IMG/VR virus record: IMGVR_UViG_3300050343_000268
Coordinates: 13,057-77,056 of that record
From: a virus
Length of the DNA: 64,000 bases
Reading direction: 5' to 3' (one strand)
The number at the start of each line of letters is the position of its first letter. Position 1 is the stretch's first letter. The notes beneath the pieces were generated by a model that saw nothing but the letters and a program-made list of their open reading frames with translations, was not told where the DNA came from and searched no databases. Shown here piece after piece: positions 50,447 through 60,443 of this stretch. A program made the position numbers and the translations under genes.

Positions 50447-51868
50447 TTACTCTGCACAACCCACACACATAGTGGGGTCGCTGAACACGTCGTAATTAGG
50501 CGTTGATTCGTCTGTCTCATTAATGTCAGAGAAGTCAAAATCAAACTGATCATCTAAGGCAACCATGGCATCATCTTTGGCTTGAGTATTTTGCATTACT
50601 TGAAGTGAGTAATACATACTTGTTTGCGGTGATGACAACCACTCATCCACAAAATGATCGGTGTAAGTAATTACATCGCTCCATGTGTTGTAGCTGTAGC
50701 CGTGACATAGATTTGTACGCATCAGCATTTCCATGATGCCATCGACAACTTTTTTATAGACATCCCAACCAACTTGGTCTGCTGTCTCAACGTTGCCGTA
50801 GTCGTAATGTTCTACGCCAAATGTGGAGCTGTCCCTATCAACCTGACGCCCAATCGGTGGTGCGATTTCGGGTGCAGTTGTATAGCCTGCTCGGTCCTTG
50901 TAGCGGTATGAGCAAGAAGCTGTCGGTGCAATCGCAAATGCTCGGTCCATGTTGGCGGACTTTGCAATATCTGATGCAGCGTCAATCCCTTCCTGAAGTG
51001 CTTTTACAATCTTAAGGGCTTCAGGAGTCACTAAATAATCTGCATCTGCATACAGATGATGGTTCAATGCTTCAGCAAATTGTGAATAGCTAACCTCTTC
51101 CAGTGCAAGGAGATTGGCAAGCCCAAGCATGCCTAAACCGACTTGACGATCATCTTCTTGAGAAAGATACTCGCCAGTTTTCTCAACACCAGTTTTGCCA
51201 TGGAGTTCGATCAGTTCAGTCATTCCTGTTGAGAATGCACCGACAATATCTTCTGGCCTACAGCCGCCAAGGTTTATGTGCTCCAGCAAGCAGGTACCAC
51301 GGCTCTTTAGGAAGACTTCAAGACATACATTCGCGTAGATACGCTCGCCTTTGCCGTCATTCCGAATCTTAGCTAGCCAGATATCTCCACGTGAGATCCC
51401 TTTAAGGATTGCATTACGTACTTCTTCACTAGCATCTTCCCACATTTTTTCGTTGAGATTGATGCATCGTTTAGCCCATGGAATCTCATGGCGTGGAGTT
51501 TCAATAAACTCAAGGATATCTGCATGAGACAAATCTAGGTGGAGGACTACTGCACCATTTTTATATACACCACCGCGACGCAGCTGCTCATTTAGGCAGG
51601 AATAAATCTTGCCAAACGAGACAGGACCAGAGGCTACTAACCCTTTGCCGTTATTTTCACCAGCAGGACGTAACTTGCTTAGATGAACTGCAACGCCTGC
51701 ACCGTACCTAAGGCCATGACTGACATAACGCCAGCTAGCTTCAATACCGTTAGGCCCTTCCATGCTGTCATCTACAACAAATACCGTACAGCTAACTGGT
51801 AAGCGGCTGGTAGGGTTATCAATCCAGTTCTGAACACGGCCAGTCCGTGCAATGAGACTATTTTCCAT
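50447..51868 (-). CDS. nrdA: Ribonucleotide reductase large (alpha) subunit, compact cyanophage type
   Basis: PVSCTVF, ASGPVSF, RRGG, NVCLEV, AIAPTASCS, SMYY, C-terminal CVGCAE. Confidence 0.9.
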   Translation of the reverse strand: MENSLIARTGRVQNWIDNPTSRLPVSCTVFVVDDSMEGPNGIEASWRYVSHGLRYGAGVAVHLSKLRPAGENNGKGLVASGPVSFGKIYSCLNEQLRRGGVYKNGAVVLHLDLSHADILEFIETPRHEIPWAKRCINLNEKMWEDASEEVRNAILKGISRGDIWLAKIRNDGKGERIYANVCLEVFLKSRGTCLLEHINLGGCRPEDIVGAFSTGMTELIELHGKTGVEKTGEYLSQEDDRQVGLGMLGLANLLALEEVSYSQFAEALNHHLYADADYLVTPEALKIVKALQEGIDAASDIAKSANMDRAFAIAPTASCSYRYKDRAGYTTAPEIAPPIGRQVDRDSSTFGVEHYDYGNVETADQVGWDVYKKVVDGIMEMLMRTNLCHGYSYNTWSDVITYTDHFVDEWLSSPQTSMYYSLQVMQNTQAKDDAMVALDDQFDFDFSDINETDESTPNYDVFSDPTMCVGCAE

Positions 51869-52298
51869 GGGTATCGTAATCAATAATTGTTGGTCGTGGG
51901 AAACATTCAGCTAAGTCAGGTGGTTGATAGTTAGGTCCTTTCAATACCTTGCCATCGGCTCTGAAGATAGCTTTTCCTTGTTCATCTAGTTTACTAAGAT
52001 TGGACTCCATTACGAGGTCCATTGCTTTATCTAGATCAAGATTAAAAGCAGCAGCAAACTGATAACACACAAAGACAAGGTCGGATAACTCTTTAAGAAG
52101 CTCGTGCCTTGTTTCTTGATTCTCTGGGTCAGCAAAGACTTCATCAGATGCATCTAAAAACTCCCTTGCTTCTTCAGTGATAAGACCCACTTGCATGTCC
52201 CATAGTTTCTTTTTAATGAAGCCATAGCGGGAGATATTGTCTAGTGATTCTTGTTGGAATACTTCACGGAATTGCCGTGCTTGTTCTAGTAATGTCAT
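51858..52298 (-). CDS. MazG-like NTP pyrophosphohydrolase
   Basis: LITEEAREF, KELSDLVFV, SNLSK, DGKVLKGPNY. Confidence 0.85.
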   Translation of the reverse strand: MTLLEQARQFREVFQQESLDNISRYGFIKKKLWDMQVGLITEEAREFLDASDEVFADPENQETRHELLKELSDLVFVCYQFAAAFNLDLDKAMDLVMESNLSKLDEQGKAIFRADGKVLKGPNYQPPDLAECFPRPTIIDYDTHGK

Positions 52299-52299
52299 T

Positions 52300-52527
52300 T
52301 TATTTTTCTCTTAAGGTAATGCGTCCTCTTGATAAATCAAAAGGACTGAGTTCAACAGTGACACGGTCTCCAACTAATAGTTGAATCTTCCGTGTAATTA
52401 GTTTACCTGACGCACGACATAAACATCGATGTCCCTCAGGGTCTTCTAATTCAACATTGAAATAACCATTACCGCTCTCTTTATATATCACGCCTTTAGC
52501 TGATATTACATTAGCTTTCTTACTCAT
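52300..52527 (-). CDS. infA: Translation initiation factor IF-1
   Basis: FNVELE..SGKL..IQLLVGDRVTVELSPFDLSRGRITLR. Confidence 0.9.
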   Translation of the reverse strand: MSKKANVISAKGVIYKESGNGYFNVELEDPEGHRCLCRASGKLITRKIQLLVGDRVTVELSPFDLSRGRITLREK

Positions 52528-52831
52528 ATGCTTTCATAAATTGTTCGCTTAACTTATCTCTTAGTTCATTGACACGTTCAGTATTATATTGTTTAAAATT
52601 GCCGCGTTTCTCTACTTTTTTGTAGTAGTGGAGAGCATTAATAATAATTGTATAATCTTCAATCGTCAGATTTAAATTCAGATCCATTTAGTTCTTCAAA
52701 GGAATATGTTTCAATTAGCGCATTCTCATATTGAGCAGTAGAGTCAAATTCATCTAATAAATGATCAACAAGACTAGGTCTACATTGAAGAATCATTGTA
52801 ACCTTATACTTCTTTTTAAATGTCAGTGGCT

Positions 52832-53182
52832 TCATTCCGGTGGATTGGCGTATGTGTATGCATCAATAGTTGAATCGAGGTGCTCAATGATTGAATTGGC
52901 ACCAATGAAACGTTCTACTGCTTCTTCTGTATAGTCACAATCCTCATCACCATCTGCGTCAACCCTGCAATGCAAGCCTTCGTAAGCTACAACTAAAGTC
53001 GGAGTTAGCTCTACTTCAAGCTCCTCTGCAAGAGCTGTTCGATGACCATTAGGCGCACGTAGAGGGACATAGTGCAATGATGCTTGCTGAGCCTCTGTAA
53101 GACAGCTCACGTGAGCCTTAAGCTTCTCGCAGGGAGGACACTCAGGCTGAGTAAAGACATAGAGTTCGTATTGTTTCATCAT
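52832..53182 (-). CDS. Thioredoxin/glutaredoxin-like protein
   Basis: VFTQPECPPC, TPTLVV, ERFIG. Confidence 0.75.
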   Translation of the reverse strand: MMKQYELYVFTQPECPPCEKLKAHVSCLTEAQQASLHYVPLRAPNGHRTALAEELEVELTPTLVVAYEGLHCRVDADGDEDCDYTEEAVERFIGANSIIEHLDSTIDAYTYANPPE

Positions 53183-53348
53183 TTGTTATCAATATAAGAA
53201 GAAAGTAAACGTTCAAATTGATAGTACATATCAGAGCAATCAAAATTCATCCACATATACTCAGTGACAATAGGTATGTCGTCAGTAGATAAGGGACAGT
53301 CAGGATTGTCATCTATGTAGTCGAGCAAGAAACTTTCTATAAAAGATT

Positions 53349-54655
53349 TCATGCTTTAGTTCCATCTGTGTAATAGAAACCGCCTAAGCAGTTACTAGAG
53401 TTAGATACAATTACGTTCCTGTTATGCATATAGGAACGCATACCATGATGATACACGAGCATGACAGGTTCGCCAACATTAACTGTATCAAGTCTTGAAC
53501 ACAAGATAGTTTTAATTGCTGGCTCTTTACGCTTGTATTGCATCTCTGCTTCATAAGCAAGATGTTCGGTTTCTTCCAATGTGGTTGAGTTAAACACAGC
53601 TACCATGTGCGGCTCAGACACAGGAATAGCTTCCATCTCAGTGATGTATGGGTTCATTTGTTTGAGGAAGTTTTGTTGAAGGTAATAATGATTTGGTCTT
53701 CTGATTCACGGTTGGAATGCAGGACTGAGACACGCCTCCAATCTCCATTGAGTATGGAGGCAATGTTATTCAGTTGCGTTTCAACGATGACTGCTGTTTC
53801 AGCATCAGTCATTAGCTCTCAAAACTAATGGTTAATAACGCGGCATCGTCAAGAAGCTGTTCACGGACAACTCCGCTGTCAACATCAGATCCACGAAAAT
53901 GATACTCAGCTACATTTTCAAGGTAGTAATTGATTTCATTTTGGACATGTTGATCAAGTGATGCCATAAGAAACTTACGGAAGTTTCTCTTTTGAACTGA
54001 GTTGAGTGTCATAAGCTGTCAGTAATGATGGACTGTGCTGCTGCGTTAGAGCTTGCTTCGTTAGGACGAACAAGTTTCAACGGAGGCAGATACTTTTTCT
54101 CAGCAAGGTAGACTTCGACTTCTTCTCGCATTCCAGGATATTTAAAAGCGTCAAGACGCCCAAGTATCTCGTTGATATAGAACGAAGGAAGCTCTGGTGA
54201 GTCTTGGGCCAATGCCGCGTGGCACAGGCATACGAGGTCGAGCAATTCATAATCAGGAACTTTAATTGTTGTTGACATTTAGTAGCTCGTAGTATTCATC
54301 AGGATTTTCAGCAAAGTGATCAAGCATTACAAGCAAAGTTGCAACAGTTGTTTCGCTGGGTTTGATTGGCAAGTTAAGGAGTACAGCAGTTAAATTTCTG
54401 CGCACATTCCGCAACCTGCCGACAGTGTCAGCTGTCATCTTCTTCGATTTCTTTTTTAGAGATGTTTAATTTGGTTTTTGCATAATGGCTTACCACTTCG
54501 TCTACAACGTCTTCTAGATGTTCTGTGTCGAACCAATCTAAGGACATTGAGCAAACGGAGCGGCGTGTAGCCATATTCATTGCAGGGTAGTTTTCTACTA
54601 AATATTCATCAATATTAAAAGAAAACTCCCGATCGTAATCAGGATTTGCAGGCAT
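53349..54655 (-). other. Run of small hypothetical early genes (53349-53657, 53812-54012, 54009-54278, 54428-54655 and shorter ORFs)
   Basis: Abutting short co-oriented ORFs; no recognisable motifs. Confidence 0.55.
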
Positions 54656-55320
54656 CAGAACTCTGTAGTGTCGTTAGCTTGCTCAGTCACATCAATGACT
54701 TGAGGTAGCTCTAGGGGAGCGTCTCCACCTGCAAGCTGTGCACTGATGAGCTCTACGGCATCACGCATGATTGCGTCAGTCTTGAGCTTGTCTTTGTCGC
54801 TACGTGCTTGAGCGAGTGCTTCATAAGTATCGTCGTGCGTAACTTTGACAGCACCGTCACGAACTGCAGCAAAGCAGGGACGCATCTTGGAAGTACCTTT
54901 CCAAGTGTCGATAGTGATGAGGTGGTCAAGAGACTCGTTAGCACAGAGACCCATGAGGCAAGTCATCAGGCACTGTGACCAGATGGTTGCAAGACCAGAG
55001 GTAAGCATCAAGGATGTACCATTCTGTGTCTTAAGAAAAACATTGAGCTTGCTGCCGTTGAAGCCAGTGTCTTCGTAGACATTGTCAATGATGGTGAGGC
55101 CAGTAAGAAATACTTGGCCGATACGAGTGCAAGGCTTACCTGATGCCTCCATCAGTGCAGTCTTTTGCTCATCACCTTGGTATTGGAAGAAGACAGCATC
55201 GCTGTCCTTAACCAAGCCAACGCCAATCATAAAGTCAACAGACTGTGAAGCTTGTCCGCCAAGTTCGGCGATAAGTGCAGAGGTGTCGGCAGTAGGATTA
55301 GCAGTTGAAATAACAGTCAT
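54655..55320 (-). CDS. Hypothetical protein
   Basis: 221 aa; acidic tail ending TTEF, similar to the putative SSB. Confidence 0.6.
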   Translation of the reverse strand: MTVISTANPTADTSALIAELGGQASQSVDFMIGVGLVKDSDAVFFQYQGDEQKTALMEASGKPCTRIGQVFLTGLTIIDNVYEDTGFNGSKLNVFLKTQNGTSLMLTSGLATIWSQCLMTCLMGLCANESLDHLITIDTWKGTSKMRPCFAAVRDGAVKVTHDDTYEALAQARSDKDKLKTDAIMRDAVELISAQLAGGDAPLELPQVIDVTEQANDTTEF

Positions 55321-55372
55321 TTTATTTTTAGGTAGGTTGAACGACTGCCCATTACGGGCATTAATTTAAATA

Positions 55373-55388
55373 GCCGGCGTTAGCCGGC
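55373..55388. repeat. CCGG-N6-CCGG hairpin, copy 3
   Basis: GCCGGC-GTTA-GCCGGC. Confidence 0.85.
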
Positions 55389-55615
55389 AAAGGTTTATAC
55401 AGTTGGAACTAACTCGCCAGCAAGCTCAGCTTGTTTGGCTATAGCTAGACATTCCACGATCTTCCAGACCATTTCACCAGATAACTGGTGCTGGTCACAT
55501 GCATACTCAATCGTGTCTTCAATCACCTCAGTGAGTTCGTTTAACACGTCTGAATTAATTTCCATTTAGCTCAAGATATAATTTGCTTTAGCCCTTTCGG
55601 ACACTCTTAACTATA

Positions 55616-55631
55616 GCCGGCATTTGCCGGC
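55616..55631. repeat. CCGG-N6-CCGG hairpin, copy 4
   Basis: GCCGGC-ATTT-GCCGGC. Confidence 0.75.
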
Positions 55632-55705
55632 CATGGCTGTTGTTTACCAGAAGTAAACATTAAACATTAGGCAGGGTCCTGCGTAGAACCCACCTATAAC
55701 AGAAA

Positions 55706-55909
55706 TCAAAATACACCGGGGATGAGCTGCCCGGTTACTGCGTAAGCACCGATCAGGCAGGGTCCTGCTGCGATTACGCCAAGCATTGCTAGACGACCGT
55801 TGAGCTTTTCTGCCTTTTCGTTGTGTGTCACGGAGACCTCCATAATTTCCATTTGTGGTTCTTTTGCGTAGATATTTGTGCGACCGCCGTCTTCTGTTAC
55901 TGTCGTCAT
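55706..55909 (-). CDS. hli: High-light inducible protein
   Basis: AEKLNGRLAMLG..TGQLIPGVF. Confidence 0.93.
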   Translation of the reverse strand: MTTVTEDGGRTNIYAKEPQMEIMEVSVTHNEKAEKLNGRLAMLGVIAAGPCLIGAYAVTGQLIPGVF

Positions 55910-55942
55910 TAGTTTCTCTTAATTATTAATTATTGTAACTGA

Positions 55943-56248
55943 TTAATGTTGGCTCAGTGAGATTCTGTCCAACTTGCTTTCTATCCTAATCATGTGAGCT
56001 TCAACTTTAGCGATAATTTCGTTTAAGTCTTTTTTGCTTACATATTGTTCGGCAAGGCGAAGCTCAAGATTGTCTACACGCCTGTCTATTTCTGTGAGGT
56101 GTGATTTAGTTACATATTTCTCTACAATGCGCAGCTCGATTGCGTCTAGCCTCTTGTCACTTTCGTTAATTCGATTATGTACGCGAGTCGTTAGAGCTCC
56201 CACTCCGGTGATGACGCCAATCGCAGCGACAATAGATGCTTCTAACAT
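55943..56248 (-). CDS. Membrane-anchored coiled-coil protein with internal duplication
   Basis: TM helix, then DKRLDAIELRIVEKYVTK / DRRVDNLELRLAEQYVSK. Confidence 0.6.
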   Translation of the reverse strand: MLEASIVAAIGVITGVGALTTRVHNRINESDKRLDAIELRIVEKYVTKSHLTEIDRRVDNLELRLAEQYVSKKDLNEIIAKVEAHMIRIESKLDRISLSQH

Positions 56249-56286
56249 TGGTCAATAGACAAACACGGTTACCTTTAGTTTAACAA

Positions 56287-56511
56287 TTAGTCCCCACGGA
56301 TACACTCAGATAGGGACTCTTCGGCCCACTCTAAGTACGCTGAGCGTTGAAACTGAGGAGAGTCTTTTGATGTAGTAATCGCATTTTCTACAGTGCTGAC
56401 AATGATGTCAAACTCTTTGTAACGAGGATTGGTAAGACTAATATTGTGATTTTGGTAATGCTTGAGTGCATTGATTACATCTCGCATTTGTTCTGTTGAT
56501 AGCTTAATCAT
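56287..56511 (-). CDS. Hypothetical protein
   Basis: 74 aa ORF. Confidence 0.5.
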   Translation of the reverse strand: MIKLSTEQMRDVINALKHYQNHNISLTNPRYKEFDIIVSTVENAITTSKDSPQFQRSAYLEWAEESLSECIRGD

Positions 56512-56526
56512 TTAATTTATTGCATT

Positions 56527-56550
56527 AAAAAGGCCCACATAAGTGAGCCT
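56527..56550 (-). terminator. Terminator after psbA
   Basis: aggctcac-ttat-gtgggcct-tttt on - strand. Confidence 0.75.
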
Positions 56551-56557
56551 ATAACAA

Positions 56558-57646
56558 TTAGCCGATAGATGGTGCAACTAGGGCCACAGGTGTGGAGCTA
56601 GTTGACGCAAGATCGAGCGGGAAGTTGTGAGCGTTACGTTCGTGCATGACTTCCATTCCGAGACCTGCTCGGTTGAGGATGTCTGCCCAGGTGTTAACGA
56701 CGTGTCCATCGGAGGACTGGATTGATTGGTTGAAGTTAAAGCCATTAAGATTAAACGCCATAGTACTTACGCCCAAGGCAGTAAACCAGATACCAACCAC
56801 AGGCCAGGCAGCGAGAAAGAAGTGCAAGCTACGACTGTTATTAAAGGAAGCGTACTGAAAGATAAGGCGACCAAAGTAGCCATGAGCAGCCACAATGTTA
56901 TACGTCTCTTCTTCTTGCCCAAATTTATAGCCATAGTTTTGTGATTCTGTTTCAGTTGTCTCGCGAACGAGTGAGCTTGTAACCAAGCTTCCGTGCATAG
57001 CAGAAAACAAACTACCGCCAAAGACACCAGCCACCCCAAGCATGTGGAAAGGGTGCATGAGAATATTGTGCTCAGCTTGGAATACCAACATGTAGTTGAA
57101 TGTTCCGCTGATTCCGAGGGGCATTGCATCAGAGAAAGAACCTTGACCGAATGGATAAACAAGGAACACTGCAGTTGCTGCAGCCACGGGAGCTGAGTAA
57201 GCAACCATGATCCAAGGGCGCATACCTAATCGATAGCTAAGTTCCCATTCGCGTCCCATGTAAGAGAAGATACCGATAAGGAAGTGGAAGACAACAAGCT
57301 GGAAAGGTCCGCCGTTGTACAGCCACTCATCGAGTGAGGCTGCTTCCCAGATTGGATAGAAGTGAAGTCCGATTGCGTTTGAAGACGGGACAACTGCTCC
57401 TGAAATGATGTTATTTCCGTAGAGGAGCGATCCAGCAACTGGTTCACGTATGCCATCGATATCAACAGGAGGGGCAGCAATAAAAGCAATAATGAAGCAT
57501 GTTGTAGCGGCAATAAGAGTAGGGATCATCAGTACTCCGAACCAACCTACGTAGAGGCGGTTGTTGGTACTTGTGACCCACTCAGTAAAGCCATCCCAGG
57601 CTTCCTTAATAGGATTAGCCTTGGGTGAAAGAATAGATGTTGACAT
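56558..57646 (-). CDS. psbA: Photosystem II D1 protein
   Basis: [36 protein letters not shown]; intact and uninterrupted. Confidence 0.99.
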   Translation of the reverse strand: MSTSILSPKANPIKEAWDGFTEWVTSTNNRLYVGWFGVLMIPTLIAATTCFIIAFIAAPPVDIDGIREPVAGSLLYGNNIISGAVVPSSNAIGLHFYPIWEAASLDEWLYNGGPFQLVVFHFLIGIFSYMGREWELSYRLGMRPWIMVAYSAPVAAATAVFLVYPFGQGSFSDAMPLGISGTFNYMLVFQAEHNILMHPFHMLGVAGVFGGSLFSAMHGSLVTSSLVRETTETESQNYGYKFGQEEETYNIVAAHGYFGRLIFQYASFNNSRSLHFFLAAWPVVGIWFTALGVSTMAFNLNGFNFNQSIQSSDGHVVNTWADILNRAGLGMEVMHERNAHNFPLDLASTSSTPVALVAPSIG

Positions 57647-57749
57647 TTAAATAAGACATTGTTTGTGTATTAAGGCGAGTAACTCGGCACGGTGGCCTAC
57701 GTTACAATTCTACACGTCAATGTGTTGAAATCGTGATAGTAATTTATAC

Positions 57750-57992
57750 TTAGTCGTTAAAGAAAGTTTCAGCGAAGGACGCTATTTTCATATCGTCGAA
57801 GTCTGTAGGAATATGACGAGATAGACGATTAACAGGAGAAATATTAACCTGATGTAATCGAGCATCTGTTTTCAATCCGTTTAGTTGGCGACGTTCGCTC
57901 ATCGTGTGAGGATGCCTAAGCCCAGTGCTGGACTCAGTTTGTCGTCTGTAAGTTCTAGACATAATTAACTCCTTCGTAGATAGCCGGAGCAT
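57750..57992 (-). CDS. Hypothetical basic protein
   Basis: AAGGAG precedes MSRTYRR. Confidence 0.5.
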   Translation of the reverse strand: MLRLSTKELIMSRTYRRQTESSTGLRHPHTMSERRQLNGLKTDARLHQVNISPVNRLSRHIPTDFDDMKIASFAETFFND

Positions 57993-58044
57993 CGGAATGC
58001 CCCGACTTATTTATAATTTATCGCGGAACTCACATAATTGTGAG

Positions 58045-58401
58045 TTACAGATAAGTAACAGTAGTCCACGCTACACCTGGTCCAAGAAGACCAATAGAAG
58101 AGGCAGCACCATAACTAAGGTCAAGATCCCGGCCACTAATAAATGGTCCTCTGTCGTTGATACGGACATCCACGCAGCCTTGATAGCAGACACGAAGTCT
58201 TGTGCCAAATGGGAGGGTTTTGTGAGCTGCGGTATGTGACCACATATCAAACCTTTCCCCGTTGGCTGTAGTTCGACCGTGGAAGTAATGGGCATAATAT
58301 GAAGTATGCATACTTCCACTTGCTGCTTTGCCGCTGATGGGCAAGGAAGCAACCAGAAAGGTGGCACTAGCTAGCAAACTAGCAGTTAGTTTTTTAAACA
58401 T
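58045..58401 (-). CDS. RlpA-like double-psi beta-barrel lytic transglycosylase with signal peptide
   Basis: SYY..FHGRTTANGERFD..TAAHKTLPFGT..VRINDRGPF..LDLSYGAA. Confidence 0.9.
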   Translation of the reverse strand: MFKKLTASLLASATFLVASLPISGKAASGSMHTSYYAHYFHGRTTANGERFDMWSHTAAHKTLPFGTRLRVCYQGCVDVRINDRGPFISGRDLDLSYGAASSIGLLGPGVAWTTVTYL

Positions 58402-58486
58402 AGTTAATTGATATATGTACTTACGTGCTTACATGCACGAACATAAACATTAACAAATTATTAATGGATATGTTCGTTATATATTC

Positions 58487-59444
58487 CTAAGCAGTGACTA
58501 AATCACGAGCTACAGCAAATGCACGTTTACTAATCTGTGCACCGGCACCGAATGTGCCACGAGCAAACTGTGAACGACCCTTAGCAGCGGTAGTGCCACG
58601 AGTGCTTGTTTCTACTTGTGTGATGGCATTGATGCCAGTCCAGACAGAGAAAGGTGCATACTCTTGGCCGTGTCCAACACGAAAAGCTGTCTCAAGGTGT
58701 TGACGTTTACGGAAGACTTGACCTTCATCAATGTTGTAGACCTCATCAACGAATTCGTTAAATGAAGATACGCTCATTGATGCACGTGAGAACTCACGCA
58801 TAAGCTCGCACTCTGCGGTGAAGTCTTGCCTGGCTACGTCGATGCTGTTGATAAGAGCATCAAAGTTAGCGTTAGCAGTTCCCTTATGGGTAACGCTTGC
58901 AGAAGCGCCACTTTCACGGAGTGCAGCAGTCAATGTGTTTTGACAGACAACACGAATGTTGGTGAACTTTGCGCCACAACCAGTCTTACCGTCATGGCCT
59001 AAGTAGCCGACGATTCTCCTTTTGATTGTGTCTCCAGGGACGATGTCCGCTTCCGCACCACGGAGTGTGGCGGTAAAGCAGACTTTGGCACCATCCGATA
59101 GAACGATGACGCAGTCCATGTCAATCTCTTCCCGGATGAACTCTGCCATCCGAAGGAGCGAATCGTTCTGACGATTTCGTATTGCTTGGACTGACAACCC
59201 CGAGTAAGGCTTGGGTGTCTGTACGGACGACACCAAATGAACCGGATGGTTGATAGAAGGGCAGAGTTCTGCCTTCATCTCCAGGTTCTGTTGGGTAGAA
59301 AAGCTCTCGTTTCTCAACAGTGAATAGTGCGTCTGCTGTTTCAAACGCCTCTCGCGCTGGAAGTGTGCCTTCGGTAACGACGCCAAGGCCGTGCCATGCA
59401 TGCTCCGCGTTGCCGAGCCAGCCAGATGTGAAATTTGAAGCCAT
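58487..59444 (-). CDS. DUF932 family protein (indels near 59170-59190)
   Basis: AWHGLG, VVRTDT..LGVVS, GHDG, IRVVCQNTL, NAITQ. Confidence 0.8.
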
Positions 59445-59483
59445 GGGGTTGAATCCATATAAACAGTTCCCCGAATGGGGCAC

Positions 59484-59514
59484 AAAAAAAAAGAGCAGCC
59501 GTTAGGCCGCTCTC
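59484..59514 (-). terminator. Intrinsic terminator with C(UAAC)G loop
   Basis: gagagcggcc-taac-ggctgctc followed by T tract on - strand. Confidence 0.8.
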
Positions 59515-59658
59515 ATTATGTTGATTCAAAAAGTGCGAGATGGTAATCGATGATGCTTATTTTTTGAGTTTATTGTGTTTGAGTATGTAGGCTGATATAG
59601 GTGTTTAGTTAATACCAATTAAACCTTTATGCGTAAGTAGGTTTGCGTAGTGTAACGC

Positions 59659-59997
59659 TTAGTTGACTTCCTCGTTTGAAGTCGAATTGGAGCAAGTGAA
59701 TATTTCATATTTTTGATCTTTTTGCCAAGTGCCTGTATAAGCGCCTACACGGCATTCAACTTGTCGTGTACATGTGAGGCAGTCTTCTCCCCAGCACTCT
59801 TTAGCAATGCGTTTGTCTGTTTTTATCTTCCTGAATCTGAATATTCCATTGATGTGGCCACATTTATCACTGTGTTTATGCATATACATTTTTGCAGCTT
59901 CGTACATGACTTCGGACATGGTGACATCAAAGGCACTGCAGTAGTCCTTCAACGCAGCATGTTCGTTGTCATCCATCGTGACCTGAACCTTTTTCAT
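59659..59997 (-). CDS. Ribbon-helix-helix-like regulator with Cys-rich C-terminus
   Basis: MKKVQVTMDDNEHAALKDYC..VTMSEVMYEAA; CWGEDCLTCTRQVEC. Confidence 0.6.
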   Translation of the reverse strand: MKKVQVTMDDNEHAALKDYCSAFDVTMSEVMYEAAKMYMHKHSDKCGHINGIFRFRKIKTDKRIAKECWGEDCLTCTRQVECRVGAYTGTWQKDQKYEIFTCSNSTSNEEVN

Positions 59998-60039
59998 TTG
60001 TTGGGAATGGTTCTCAGTATTTTAACTCTGCCGTTTTTC

Positions 60040-60210
60040 TTATCTACAGTAATCACAGCCTTCTGTATCTACAGTTCCCTGTAAATACAGTGCTAGAGCA
60101 TCTGACATGATATCGTTCATTGTTATCCCTAGCTGTGCAGACTTAATTTTTAAGTTCATATGAGCTTCTGGGGCCAGGAGAACCGTTACTCGTACTTTTT
60201 TGGGCTCCAT
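60040..60210 (-). CDS. Ribbon-helix-helix (CopG/ParG-like) protein, 56 aa
   Basis: MEPKKVRVTVLLAPEAHMNLKIKSAQLGITMNDIMSDALALYL, read manually. Confidence 0.7.
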   Translation of the reverse strand: MEPKKVRVTVLLAPEAHMNLKIKSAQLGITMNDIMSDALALYLQGTVDTEGCDYCR

Positions 60211-60329
60211 GCTCTTTTGCTAGATCTGCATAGTATAAATGCTTAAGGGGGATTGTCATTACCACGTTAGAAGTGTGGTTTTCTAAACCGTGGCTATGAC
60301 TGCGTTTTTAGCCAATATTTACCTAAATA

Positions 60330-60435
60330 CCGCGTAAGCCACACTATTATCCTTATATATCTCTTTTTTAATACATACACCCTATCTATAGACTATTTAA
60401 TTTGCAGTTTATAGAGAGTAGTGTAGTAAGCGTGG
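60330..60435. repeat. ~107-bp palindromic element, copy B (inverted relative to copy A)
   Basis: CCGCGTAAGCCACACTA ... TCTATAGA ... TGCAGTTTATAGAGAGTAGTGTAGTAAGCGTGG. Confidence 0.85.
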
Positions 60436-60443
60436 TTTTGTAG

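Noticed and set aside
55669-55768. GPCL insertion in the Hli helix
   Set aside because: The inserted bases belong to a 14-bp copy (AGGCAGGGTCCTGC) of sequence 86 nt away; likely misassembly and cannot be verified
37750-59190. Frameshifts in polymerase, exonuclease, methylase-like gene, primase-helicase, SSB, thyX and DUF932 as programmed events
   Set aside because: They break conserved domains mid-fold and lack frameshift signals; treated as sequencing indels
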